Positions 1-9,928 of a DNA stretch of 54,513 nt are shown here, in pieces. Under the pieces are notes generated by a model. The model was not told the DNA's origin. It saw only the letters and a list, made by a program, of their open reading frames with translations, and made no database searches. The DNA comes from a virus (Duplodnaviria > Caudoviricetes), in the IMG/VR virus record IMGVR_UViG_3300025652_000089, positions 1 through 54,513 of that record; one strand, given 5' to 3'. Made by a program: the position numbers and the translations under genes. Each line of letters opens with the position of its first letter. Position 1 is the first letter of the stretch.

Positions 1-2
1 GT

Positions 3-347
3 CATATAAAGGATGACCTGTATGCTTGCTCACCAGAGCAGATATATCTTTACGGGGACAACAAGTCACACCTTGACTACTGCTTTGTACAGCCAGTTGT
101 TAATGACGATGATTGGTCATCTCAGAAGGAGAAGCCACTTACTGGTATACTTAGGTATGGCAACAAGACGCTTGAAGAACACGATGTACACCCAGGAATG
201 GTTGTGGGGTTTACCCCAGAGTCCGAGTTTGAGTTTGTGGTGGACGGTGAACTATTATATTGTATGAAATCTAAAAATATTGCTTTGACCTATGGAGACG
301 AAGGAAGCGAAACTAAGTATAATCCAAGCTGGACGAACAGCGGTTGA
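3..347 (+). CDS. GroES-like co-chaperonin, 5'-truncated (C-terminal part)
   Basis: Open frame 3 from window edge, not in ORF track: HIKDDLYACSPEQIYLYG...YCFVQPV...TGILRYGN...GMVVGFTPESEFEFVVDGELLYCMKSKNI...*; C-terminal pattern resembles the GroES fold (G-V-F...E-V-DGE-L-M); groEL sits at the other window end. Confidence 0.6.
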   Translation, partial: HIKDDLYACSPEQIYLYGDNKSHLDYCFVQPVVNDDDWSSQKEKPLTGILRYGNKTLEEHDVHPGMVVGFTPESEFEFVVDGELLYCMKSKNIALTYGDEGSETKYNPSWTNSG

Positions 348-573
348 GGAGCTAATTAAGGTAGCTAGGGAGCCGATAGTTACTGGTGGTGAGGATGATG
401 TATCAGCGGACAGATTAAAGAACGCTGCGGCTACTAAAAAGCTTGCAATATTTGATGCCTTTGAAATCCTAAATAGGATTAACGAGGAGGAGAATATGCT
501 GAACAACGTAGAAAAGGTTGAGGCACCAAAAAAGGTGTTCTCTGGTTTTGCTGAAAACAGGTCTAAGAAGTAA
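292..573 (+). CDS. putative terminase small subunit
   Basis: 93 aa helical protein directly upstream of, and stop/start-coupled to, the large terminase. Confidence 0.45.
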   Translation: METKEAKLSIIQAGRTAVEELIKVAREPIVTGGEDDVSADRLKNAAATKKLAIFDAFEILNRINEEENMLNNVEKVEAPKKVFSGFAENRSKK

Positions 574-2789
574 TGTACGAACAGACGCTAGTAAATATAG
601 TTGATGACCACATAAAGCCACACGTTCTGAAGAGGATGAACAAGGGTAAGAAGTGGAAGTATGGTTATAACAAGGACCACGATGTTGTGGTTATAAGTAA
701 GACTGGACAGGTTGGGGATATATACGAAATACAGGGGCTTAAGATAGCCTTACCAACTGAGTCAAATGTGACTAGGTTTAGTGAAAGTAAGTGGGAGTAT
801 ACACCATACCCGAAGGAGCTGTCTAGGTTTAAGAGTGTTTTTGATTGGAACGAGGCACCAGATGAGTTTAAGAACAAGTGGTTTGACTACATAGACACAG
901 AGTTTACCAGAAGGGAAGAGGGTTTTTGGTTTGTGAACAACAAGAAGCCAATATATATAACTGGCTCTCATTACAACTACCTTCAGTGGTCTAAGATAGA
1001 TATTGGTAAGCCAGACTTCAGAGAGTCTAACAGATTGTTCTTTATATTTTGGGAGGCTTGTAAGGCTGACCACAGAAGCTACGGGATGTGCTACTTAAAG
1101 AATAGACGCTCTGGTTTTTCTTTTATGTCATCAGCAGAAACTGTAAACTTAGCAACACTATCTAGTGACTCAAGGTTTGGTATACTGTCTAAGACAGGAC
1201 CCGATGCTAAGAAGATGTTCACAGACAAGGTGGTGCCAATATCGGTGAACTACCCGTTCTTCTTCAAACCCATACAGGATGGTATGGACAGACCTAAAAC
1301 AGAGCTTGCGTATCGTGTGCCAGCATCTAAGTTCACTAGAAAGAAGCTGGACAGTAACAACAAGGTTGAGGAAATCACGGGTCTTGACACTACGATAGAC
1401 TGGAAGAACACGGGAGACAACTCATACGATGGTGAGAAGCTATCCCTGTTGGTGCATGATGAGAGTGGTAAGTGGGAGAAACCCACAAACATACTAAACA
1501 ACTGGAGGGTTACTAAGACATGTCTGAGGCTGGGTAGCAGGGTGATTGGGAAGTGCATGATGGGTAGCACATCAAACTCTTTGGACAAGGGTGGTGAAAA
1601 CTTTAAGAAGCTGTACGAGAACTCTGACGTATCAAAAAGAAATGCCAACGGGCAGACGGCATCTGGTCTTTACGGGTTGTTTATACCGATGGAGTGGAAC
1701 TACGAGGGATACATAGACGAGTACGGATACCCTGTGTTTGAAACACCAGAAGACAAGGTGCTTGACACGTTTGGTAACCAAATACAAATGGGTGTCATTG
1801 ACTACTGGCAGAACGAGGTAGAGGGCTTAAAGAACGACCAGGATGGTCTTAATGAATTTTACAGGCAGTTCCCTAGAACAGTGGAGCATGCATTTAGGGA
1901 TGAGGCTAAGAACTCTTTGTTTAACCTCACCAGAATATACCAGCAGATAGATTATAATCAGGACCTTAGAAACACTAACATACTCAGTAAGGGTAACTTT
2001 CAGTGGGAGAATGGTATAAAAGATACAAGGGTAATATTCCTACCTAGTAACAACGGAAGGTTTTTAATTTCATGGGTTCCCCCAATAAATCTGCAAAATA
2101 GAGTAATACTAAAGAATGGGGTTAAGTATCCTGGAAACGAGCATGTAGGAGCATTTGGTTGTGACAGTTACGACATATCAGGAACCGTAAGTGGCGTAGG
2201 TTCAAATGGTTCTCTACACGGACTGACAAAGTTCTCTATGGAGGAGGCACCAGCAAACCACTTTTTTCTGGAGTATATATCCAGACCACAGACCGCTGAG
2301 ATATTTTTTGAGGATATATTAATGGCTATTATTTTTTACGGTATGCCAATACTTTGTGAGAATAACAAGCCAAGACTTTTATACCACATTAAGAGAAGGG
2401 GTTACAGGGGATACTCTATGAACAGACCAGACAGGGTTTGGAACAACCTTTCACAGACAGAAAAAGAGATAGGTGGTATACCTAACTCAAGTGAAGACAT
2501 TAAGCAGGCTCATGCAGCCGCAATAGAAACTTACATAGACGAGTGTGTTGGTGTCATAGGCGATGACCAGTACGGGGATATGTATTTCGACAGAACATTA
2601 AATGACTGGGCAAGGTTTGATATAAACAACAGAACGAAGTTTGATGCGTCTATTAGTTCAGGACTGGCAGTAATGGCCTGTAACAAAAATAGATACGCAC
2701 CTATAAACAAAGTGGTTAGAAATAACATCAGCCTTGGCTTTAAAAGATATGACAATACTGGTAGTATTTCTAAAATAATAGATAGATGA
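573..2789 (+). CDS. terL: terminase large subunit
   Basis: 738 aa; Walker A-like KNRRSGFS, Walker B LLVHDESGKW, motif III GSTSN, nuclease acidic residues (GCDSYD, FDASISSG); upstream of portal. Confidence 0.9.
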   Translation: MYEQTLVNIVDDHIKPHVLKRMNKGKKWKYGYNKDHDVVVISKTGQVGDIYEIQGLKIALPTESNVTRFSESKWEYTPYPKELSRFKSVFDWNEAPDEFKNKWFDYIDTEFTRREEGFWFVNNKKPIYITGSHYNYLQWSKIDIGKPDFRESNRLFFIFWEACKADHRSYGMCYLKNRRSGFSFMSSAETVNLATLSSDSRFGILSKTGPDAKKMFTDKVVPISVNYPFFFKPIQDGMDRPKTELAYRVPASKFTRKKLDSNNKVEEITGLDTTIDWKNTGDNSYDGEKLSLLVHDESGKWEKPTNILNNWRVTKTCLRLGSRVIGKCMMGSTSNSLDKGGENFKKLYENSDVSKRNANGQTASGLYGLFIPMEWNYEGYIDEYGYPVFETPEDKVLDTFGNQIQMGVIDYWQNEVEGLKNDQDGLNEFYRQFPRTVEHAFRDEAKNSLFNLTRIYQQIDYNQDLRNTNILSKGNFQWENGIKDTRVIFLPSNNGRFLISWVPPINLQNRVILKNGVKYPGNEHVGAFGCDSYDISGTVSGVGSNGSLHGLTKFSMEEAPANHFFLEYISRPQTAEIFFEDILMAIIFYGMPILCENNKPRLLYHIKRRGYRGYSMNRPDRVWNNLSQTEKEIGGIPNSSEDIKQAHAAAIETYIDECVGVIGDDQYGDMYFDRTLNDWARFDINNRTKFDASISSGLAVMACNKNRYAPINKVVRNNISLGFKRYDNTGSISKIIDR

Positions 2790-5191
2790 ATATAAGCACA
2801 AATCCAAATAGTTCGTTCCCAAGCCAAGTCGTTAGTGACGAGGAAAAAAAGAGCTTTGAGTATGGCGTTCAAGTAGGAAGAGCTATAGAGGGTGAGTGGT
2901 TTCATGGGGGGAGAAGCGGAAACAGGTTTGCCACTAACTGGAACAGATACCACAACCTTAAACTATACGCCAGGGGTGAGCAGCCAATACAGAAGTACAA
3001 GGATGAGTTGTCTATAAACGGAGACCTTTCATACCTTAACCTAGACTGGAAGCCAGTGCCAGTGATATCTAAGTTTGTTGACATCGTGGTCAACGGCATG
3101 TCTGAAAAGAAGTACAAGATTAATGCATACGCACAAGACCCAGAGTCTATAAAGAAAAGAACAAACTACGCATCTGGTTTATTGAGGGACATTACAGCCA
3201 AGGCTGAGATAGAGCAGATAAAACAAACGATGGGTCTTGACCTATACAGCACACCAGACCAGAGTAACCTCCCAGAAACTGAGGAGGAGATATCTATTCA
3301 TATGCAGCTTAAGTACAAGCCGTCTATAGAGATAGCTGAGGAGGAGGTTATAAACAACACCTTGGACAAGAATAAGTTTGAGTTAATCAGAAGAAGGTTG
3401 AACTACGACCTCACAGTTCTTGGTATTGCTGCGGTAAAGACTGATTGGAATAAGGCTGAGGGTGTTGTAATTAATTACTGTGACCCAGCTAAAATGGTTT
3501 GGTCATACACGGAAGACCCCAACTTTGAGGACATATACTATGTAGGCGAGGTAAGGTCTATAACAATACCAGAACTTAAGAAGCAGTATCCATTTATTTC
3601 TGAGGAGGAGCTAGACAGGATATCTAAGATGGGTAACAGGACTGACTATGTTGTTGGTTGGAACGACTATGACGAGAACACGGTACAGGTTTTGTACTTT
3701 GAGTATAAGACATATATGAATCAGGTGTTTAAGTTAAAGCAAACTGGTAATGGTCTTGAAAAGATTATAGAAAAAACAGATTCTTTTAACCCACCAGAAT
3801 CAGACACATTTAAAAAAGTATCCAGAACTATAGAGGTTTTGTATACTGGGGCTAAGATTCTTGGTTACGACCAGATGATTGATTGGAAACTTTCTGAGAA
3901 CATGACCCGACCATACGCTGACACTACAAAGGTTCAGATGAACTATTCAATATCATCACCCCGTATGTACAAGGGAAGGATAGAGTCTACGGTTAGTAAG
4001 ATTACTGGGTTTGCAGATATGATAAACATAACAAACCTAAAGATACAGCAGGTGATATCAAGGCTTGTTCCTGACGGTGTTTATTTGGATATAGATGGGC
4101 TTGCGGAGGTTGACTTGGGTAACGGAACAAACTACAGCCCACAGGAGGCGTTGAACATGTACTTCCAAACGGGTAGTATACTTGGTAGGTCTCTGACCCA
4201 GGAGGGTGACATGAATAGGGGTAAGGTTCCAATCCAAGAGCTGAGTACGTCTAACGGTCAGGCTAAGATAGGTGCGTTGATAAATACATACCAGTACTAC
4301 TTACAGATGATTAGAGATGTAACTGGACTCAATGAGGCTAGGGATGGTAGCACACCAATGGAGGACACCCTCGTGGGACTGCAAAAGCTTGCCGCTAATG
4401 CATCAAACGTAGCTACACGACACATACTACAGTCAAGCCTGTATTTAGCTGCCAGAACGTGTGAAAACATATCATTAAGAATAGCTGACTCTATTGAGTT
4501 TGCGTTGACAAACAACTCACTACAGGAGGCTATAAGTGCATACAATGTGGGTACGCTTCAGGAGATAAGTAAGTTACACCTACATGACTTTGGTATATAC
4601 CTTGAACTTGAGCCAGAGGATGAGGATAAGGCTCAGTTAGAGCAGAACATACAGATTGCGTTGAAGTCTGGTGGCATAGACATAGAGGATGTTATAGACA
4701 TCAGAGAGATACAGAACATAAAGCTTGCCAACGAAATACTTAAGCAAAAGAGAAAGAAAAAGGCCGAGGCTGAAAGACAGGCTCAGATGCAAAACATTCA
4801 GGCACAGGGACAGGCAAACGCTGAGGCTGCTGAAAAGGCTGCAATGGCTGAGGTGCAGAAACAACAGGCGCTGACACAAGAAAAGGTTAGTATAGAGCAG
4901 GCCAAGTCTCAGTTTGAAATACAAAGACTTAGGGCCGAGGCTGAGATTAAGCGAGAGTTAATGCAGGTTGAGTTTGACTTTAATATGCAGTTGGCACAGG
5001 TAAGGGCTAACGCAGAGGGTCAGAAAGAACAGAGTATAGAGGACCGAAAAGACAAGAGAATTAAGATTCAGGGAACTCAGCAGAGTGAACTCATCAACCA
5101 AAGAAAAAACAACTTACTACCAACAAACTTTGAGTCCTCTGGAAACGATGTATTGGGTGGTATTGGTTTAGAGCAATTTGAGCCGAAGTGA
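2786..5191 (+). CDS. portal protein
   Basis: 801 aa, follows terL with ATGA overlap, long Q/A-rich C-terminal coiled coil like the P22-type portal barrel. Confidence 0.85.
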   Translation: MNISTNPNSSFPSQVVSDEEKKSFEYGVQVGRAIEGEWFHGGRSGNRFATNWNRYHNLKLYARGEQPIQKYKDELSINGDLSYLNLDWKPVPVISKFVDIVVNGMSEKKYKINAYAQDPESIKKRTNYASGLLRDITAKAEIEQIKQTMGLDLYSTPDQSNLPETEEEISIHMQLKYKPSIEIAEEEVINNTLDKNKFELIRRRLNYDLTVLGIAAVKTDWNKAEGVVINYCDPAKMVWSYTEDPNFEDIYYVGEVRSITIPELKKQYPFISEEELDRISKMGNRTDYVVGWNDYDENTVQVLYFEYKTYMNQVFKLKQTGNGLEKIIEKTDSFNPPESDTFKKVSRTIEVLYTGAKILGYDQMIDWKLSENMTRPYADTTKVQMNYSISSPRMYKGRIESTVSKITGFADMINITNLKIQQVISRLVPDGVYLDIDGLAEVDLGNGTNYSPQEALNMYFQTGSILGRSLTQEGDMNRGKVPIQELSTSNGQAKIGALINTYQYYLQMIRDVTGLNEARDGSTPMEDTLVGLQKLAANASNVATRHILQSSLYLAARTCENISLRIADSIEFALTNNSLQEAISAYNVGTLQEISKLHLHDFGIYLELEPEDEDKAQLEQNIQIALKSGGIDIEDVIDIREIQNIKLANEILKQKRKKKAEAERQAQMQNIQAQGQANAEAAEKAAMAEVQKQQALTQEKVSIEQAKSQFEIQRLRAEAEIKRELMQVEFDFNMQLAQVRANAEGQKEQSIEDRKDKRIKIQGTQQSELINQRKNNLLPTNFESSGNDVLGGIGLEQFEPK

Positions 5192-5218
5192 TTTTAAACA
5201 ATTATATATTATATTATT

Positions 5219-6355
5219 ATGTCAGAAGTAAAAGTAGACTTGTCAAAAGTCAAGCCAAAGAAGGCTAAGGAAACAGTAACTAAGTTAGACCTTTCAAAGA
5301 AAAAAGAAGATGCCGTTCAAGAGCCAAGCACAGATGAAGTACCTGTACTCAACCAACCCGAAACTAGCGGAGAAGTGGAGAAAGGAACACCCGAATCAAA
5401 ACCTGAAGGCACTACCGAAGAAGTCACCAGTTCAGATGATGGGGGTGAGCAAGAAGTAGTAATACAAGAAATTACTGAAGAAGAGGTAAAGCCTGTTGTT
5501 GAAGAGACAGAGGATAAGGTTAAGGTAAACCTACCAGAGGGTGTAGATAAGCTGGTAAAGTTTATTGAAGAGACAGGTGGAGACTTGCAGGACTATGTAA
5601 GACTAAACGCAGACTACTCTACTGTGGATGATAAGGCTTTATTGAAAGAATACTATAAAAAAACAAAACCACATCTTGACGATGAGGAAATAGATTTTGT
5701 AATGGAAGAAAACTTCCTTTACGATGAAGACCTTGATGATGAGCGAGACATCAAGTTAAAAAAACTTGCTCAAAAAGAAGAGGTTTCAAAGGCCCGTTCT
5801 TTTCTAGATAATTTGAAGGATGAATATTACGAGGAAATCAAGTCGAGGCCCACGCAATCCAACGAACAAAGAAAGGCAATGGACTTTTTTAATCGCTACA
5901 AGGAGGGTGAACAACAAGCTGAGGAGTCTAGAAGTTTATTCAAATCTAAGACTAAGGACTTTTTCCAAAACGACTTCAAAGGTTTTGATTTCAATCTAGG
6001 AGAAAAGAAGTTTAGATACGGGGTAAGTAATTCAGACTCAATTGCTGAGACTCAGTCTAACATTAACAATATATTGGGAAAGTTTCTCGATGACAAGGGT
6101 AATGTTAAACAATTTGATGAGTATCATAAGGCAATGTACGCAGCCCAAAATGTTGACAAAATTGCCTCACACTTTTACGAGCAGGGTAAAGCTGACGCTA
6201 TCAAGGATGTTGCTGTTAAGTCTAAAAACATAACAGGTGAAGCACCTAGACAAACGTCAAACGACAGTCTGTTTATAAATGGTTTAAAGGTTAAGGCTGT
6301 CAACGGTATTGACTCCTCCAAACTTAAAGTAAATAAAAATAAATTTAAAAATTAA
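5219..6355 (+). CDS. capsid scaffolding protein (putative)
   Basis: 378 aa, very acidic N-terminus, helical, between portal and major capsid gene. Confidence 0.65.
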   Translation: MSEVKVDLSKVKPKKAKETVTKLDLSKKKEDAVQEPSTDEVPVLNQPETSGEVEKGTPESKPEGTTEEVTSSDDGGEQEVVIQEITEEEVKPVVEETEDKVKVNLPEGVDKLVKFIEETGGDLQDYVRLNADYSTVDDKALLKEYYKKTKPHLDDEEIDFVMEENFLYDEDLDDERDIKLKKLAQKEEVSKARSFLDNLKDEYYEEIKSRPTQSNEQRKAMDFFNRYKEGEQQAEESRSLFKSKTKDFFQNDFKGFDFNLGEKKFRYGVSNSDSIAETQSNINNILGKFLDDKGNVKQFDEYHKAMYAAQNVDKIASHFYEQGKADAIKDVAVKSKNITGEAPRQTSNDSLFINGLKVKAVNGIDSSKLKVNKNKFKN

Positions 6356-6361
6356 TAAATT

Positions 6362-7885
6362 ATGGGACAATTTGCAACTAACGACCCGTTGGGTTCGTTT
6401 TCCTTGGTACCTACTCCTTTTAAGAGTGTTACTCAAGGTTCTTATTTAAACTTTGCTGATGGAAGCGGAAACGACTTCGCACAGCAGTATCTACCTGAAA
6501 TCTATGAAGCTGAAGTAGAGCGTTACGGTAACCGTACAATCTCTGGTTTTCTTCGTATGGTTGGGGCTGAGATGCCAATGACTTCTGACCAAGTTGTTTG
6601 GTCTGAGCAAAACCGTCTACACCTTTCTTTCGAGAGTGGTATGGGTGGAGGAGGAGCTACCGTTGCTTCTGCTATTACCATTGCTGCTGGAGGAACTTTA
6701 GTTTCTGATGTAGCTGGTGAGGATTCTGGTGGTCTTTCTATTCAGCCTATTATCCGAGCTGGTTCTACTGTAGTTATTTATAACACAGTTAGTTTAGCAT
6801 CTGTTAAGTGTTTTGTTGACACTGAGCCTGTTGCTGGAGCTGGTAATAACTTTGATTTCAATGCTTATCCATACGATGCAGCTAACTTAAACGCTGTTTC
6901 TACTGCTGTTGGACAACCAGGAGCTGGGGGAAGTATTAAAATCTTCATATATGGTTCTGAATTTGCTAAGGGTACTGACTCTATGGCTGGTTCTATCACA
7001 CCATCTTTTACTCAGTACAACAACAGCCCAGTAATCATCAAGGACCAGTATGAGGTTTCAGGTTCTGACGCTGCACAAATTGGTTGGGTTGAAGTTACTG
7101 ATGAGGCTGGACTTTCTGGATACCTATGGTACTTGAAGGCTGAAGGTGAAACTCGTCTACGTTTTCAGGATTACTTAGAGATGGTTTCTATAGAGGGTGA
7201 ACTTGCTGCTGCTGGTTCTGCTGCTATTGGACGTTCTGCTGGTGGAATTACTCCAGGAGCCGCTGCTCCAAACGTAAAGGGTACTGAGGGTTTGTTTGCC
7301 GCTATTGAGGCACGAGGAAATGTTTATAACAACTTCTCTGCTGCAACTGGTTTAACTGACTTTGACAAGATTCTTGCCAACCTAGATAAGCAGGGTGCTA
7401 TTGAAGAAAACATGCTTTTCTTGAATCGTAACACTTCCTTAGATATGGATGACATGCTTGCTGCTCAGAACTCTTACGGTGCTGGTGGTACTTCTTACGG
7501 AGTATTTGAAAACAGCTCTGAGATGGCTTTGAACCTTGGATTCTCTGGATTCCGAAGAGGTTCTTATGACTTCTATAAGACCGACTGGAAATATCTTAAC
7601 GATGCTTCTACTCGTGGTCTTACTGAAGACATCGATGGAGTTTTGATTCCTGCTGGAACAACTACTGTTTACGACCAAATGCTAGGTACTAACATTCGCA
7701 GACCATTCTTACATGTACGTTACCGTGCATCTGAGGCTGATGACCGAAGAATGAAGTCTTGGATTACTGGTTCTGTAGGTGGTGCTGCTACTTCAGGAGA
7801 GGACGTAATGAAGGTTCATTTCCTTTCTGAGCGTTGCTTAGTAACTCAGGCTGCTAACAACTTCGTGTTGTTCAAGTCTGTCTAA
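6362..7885 (+). CDS. major capsid protein
   Basis: 507 aa, strongly biased (highly expressed) codon usage, follows scaffold, followed by strong terminator. Confidence 0.85.
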   Translation: MGQFATNDPLGSFSLVPTPFKSVTQGSYLNFADGSGNDFAQQYLPEIYEAEVERYGNRTISGFLRMVGAEMPMTSDQVVWSEQNRLHLSFESGMGGGGATVASAITIAAGGTLVSDVAGEDSGGLSIQPIIRAGSTVVIYNTVSLASVKCFVDTEPVAGAGNNFDFNAYPYDAANLNAVSTAVGQPGAGGSIKIFIYGSEFAKGTDSMAGSITPSFTQYNNSPVIIKDQYEVSGSDAAQIGWVEVTDEAGLSGYLWYLKAEGETRLRFQDYLEMVSIEGELAAAGSAAIGRSAGGITPGAAAPNVKGTEGLFAAIEARGNVYNNFSAATGLTDFDKILANLDKQGAIEENMLFLNRNTSLDMDDMLAAQNSYGAGGTSYGVFENSSEMALNLGFSGFRRGSYDFYKTDWKYLNDASTRGLTEDIDGVLIPAGTTTVYDQMLGTNIRRPFLHVRYRASEADDRRMKSWITGSVGGAATSGEDVMKVHFLSERCLVTQAANNFVLFKSV

Positions 7886-7897
7886 TTCTAACTTTAT

Positions 7898-7938
7898 AAA
7901 CTTGGGGTTGCATTATGTGGCCCCAAGTTTTATTTTTT
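7898..7938 (+). terminator. intrinsic terminator after major capsid gene
   Basis: aaacttggggttgc-atta-tgtggccccaagttt hairpin followed by T tract. Confidence 0.8.
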
Positions 7939-7960
7939 AACTATTTAATTATATTATATC

Positions 7961-8821
7961 ATGGCGAGACCTAGAAAAATAACAACACCTCAAGTAGAGG
8001 AGGTTGTACAAGAAACTGAAACTGTAATTGAAGCTCCAGTAGCTCATGAGCCAGTTGAGGTAAAAAAAGAAACTAAAAAGAAAGACGAGTGGGAGATTAA
8101 AGCCCGTCAATATTATTTGGCTGGAAGTAAGTCACCGATAACTTTCACACTAGCAAGTAAGCACACACCAAGGCATCCATTACTTTGGTTTGATGAAAAA
8201 ACAAATACACAGAGAGAGATACGTTATGCTACAAATCAGAAGAGTTGCTTTGTAGATGAGCAGAACGGTTCTGTCACGCTGGAACATATTGTTTTTAAGG
8301 ATGGTGTGTTAAATGTGCCTAAAGAAAAGCAGAGTTTGCAAAAACTTTTATCTATTTATCATCCACACAACGGTAGACTTTACAATGAGTTTGACCCAGT
8401 ACAAGAGGCTGAGTATGGACTAGAGGACTTAGAAATAGAGCTTGACGCTATGACGGCTGCCAGGGAGATAGACATCGACCATGCTGAGGCAATTCTAAGA
8501 GCAGAGAGTGGGTCTGGTGTATCAAAGATGACAAGCAAGGAGATACGAAGGGACTTGATGGTAATGGCTAAAACAAATCCAAGGTTATTTATTAGTCTAG
8601 CAATGGACGATAATATACAGCTCAGAAACTTTGCAATTAAAGCGGCTGAACAGGGTATCATTAGACTATCTCAAGACCAGCGTACATTTACATGGGCTAG
8701 TAACGGTAGAAAGCTAATGACTGTTCCATTTGAGGAGCATCCTTATTCTGCTATGGCTTCATTTTTCAAGACAGACGAGGGTATGGAAATATTTTCATCT
8801 ATCGAGAAAAAACTAATGTAA
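7961..8821 (+). CDS. hypothetical protein of the head module
   Basis: 286 aa ORF with good codon usage immediately after the capsid gene. Confidence 0.75.
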   Translation: MARPRKITTPQVEEVVQETETVIEAPVAHEPVEVKKETKKKDEWEIKARQYYLAGSKSPITFTLASKHTPRHPLLWFDEKTNTQREIRYATNQKSCFVDEQNGSVTLEHIVFKDGVLNVPKEKQSLQKLLSIYHPHNGRLYNEFDPVQEAEYGLEDLEIELDAMTAAREIDIDHAEAILRAESGSGVSKMTSKEIRRDLMVMAKTNPRLFISLAMDDNIQLRNFAIKAAEQGIIRLSQDQRTFTWASNGRKLMTVPFEEHPYSAMASFFKTDEGMEIFSSIEKKLM

Positions 8822-8834
8822 CAACGTAATATAT

Positions 8835-8878
8835 ATTATAGGGTTAGGTCAGAACAAAACTGGCCTAGCCTCTATAAT
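8835..8878 (+). other. intergenic hairpin (no U tract)
   Basis: attatagggttaggtcag / ctggcctagcctctataat inverted repeat in the leader of the first tail gene. Confidence 0.5.
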
Positions 8879-8893
8879 TAATAAAAAATAAAT

Positions 8894-9922
8894 ATGGCTA
8901 TAAATGTTAACGAGGTATATAAGACCGCATTACTGATTCTTAACAAGGAGCAGAGGGGTTATGTTACTCCTAATGAGTTTAATAAAATAGCCACACAGGT
9001 TCAGTTGCAGATGTTTGAGAACTATGCAGAGGAACTAAATCAACAGCTTCGTGTCCCACAGGCTGACTCAGATTATTCGGACAGGATAATGAACACCGAT
9101 GAAAAGCTTTCTATATTCAAGTCTTTCGGTGATGCAACGTACGATAACGCCACAACACCAACCACACCTTATTACACACTACCAACCGACCTATATCGCT
9201 TAGGTACAGTGGTTTACACTGGTGTAAATAACAGTGAAGTGGAGCTACAAAGGCTACAGAGAAATGATTTTTATAACATACAGAAGTCGTTACTAACAGC
9301 ATCGACAAAATACTTTCCGACATACCTTTACGAAAACGAAAGACTTTACGTTAAGCCAAATGGTATAAATTCAGGTGTTTCTGTAAACTACCTAAGAAAA
9401 CCTAAGGACCCAAGATGGGGGTACAATGTGGGTACATTGGGTCAGTACATATACGACCCTACAGTTTACGGGGAGACACTACTAAACACAGGAACAAATA
9501 CACTAACAAGTAGCATCACCACTGGTCTTACTGGGGGTGAAATCAATACATACACACCAACATACACTGGCGGCTCAGGTACTGGGCTTGTAATATCTGC
9601 AAACGTAACCACACCCACAAACGTAACACTAAGTGTAACCACAGCAGGTACAGGGTATGTAGTTGGGGATGTTATTACAATTGATAATGGTCAACTGACT
9701 AATACTGGTGTTGGTAGTACTGGACCTGTAATAACACTTCAGGCATCTGATTTTAATAACGCAAGTACATACGGCTCAACGGATATAGAACTACATGTAT
9801 CAGAGAGGGTTGACTTTATAATCAAGCTGTTGTTCTACTTCGGTGTAGTGATTAGAGACCCACAAATAATTCAGGTTGCCATGCAAGAAGCAAGGGCTGA
9901 GGAGATAAACGAAAAAAGCTAA
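8894..9922 (+). CDS. tail adaptor/tubular (ring) protein with inserted beta-rich domain
   Basis: 342 aa; position after head genes; YLRKPKDPRW motif; T/G-rich insert. Confidence 0.6.
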   Translation: MAINVNEVYKTALLILNKEQRGYVTPNEFNKIATQVQLQMFENYAEELNQQLRVPQADSDYSDRIMNTDEKLSIFKSFGDATYDNATTPTTPYYTLPTDLYRLGTVVYTGVNNSEVELQRLQRNDFYNIQKSLLTASTKYFPTYLYENERLYVKPNGINSGVSVNYLRKPKDPRWGYNVGTLGQYIYDPTVYGETLLNTGTNTLTSSITTGLTGGEINTYTPTYTGGSGTGLVISANVTTPTNVTLSVTTAGTGYVVGDVITIDNGQLTNTGVGSTGPVITLQASDFNNASTYGSTDIELHVSERVDFIIKLLFYFGVVIRDPQIIQVAMQEARAEEINEKS

Positions 9923-9928
9923 TAGAAT

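Noticed and set aside
13-267. 84-aa ORF from the track
   Set aside because: Overlaps the GroES-like reading in frame 3, which is the more protein-like frame
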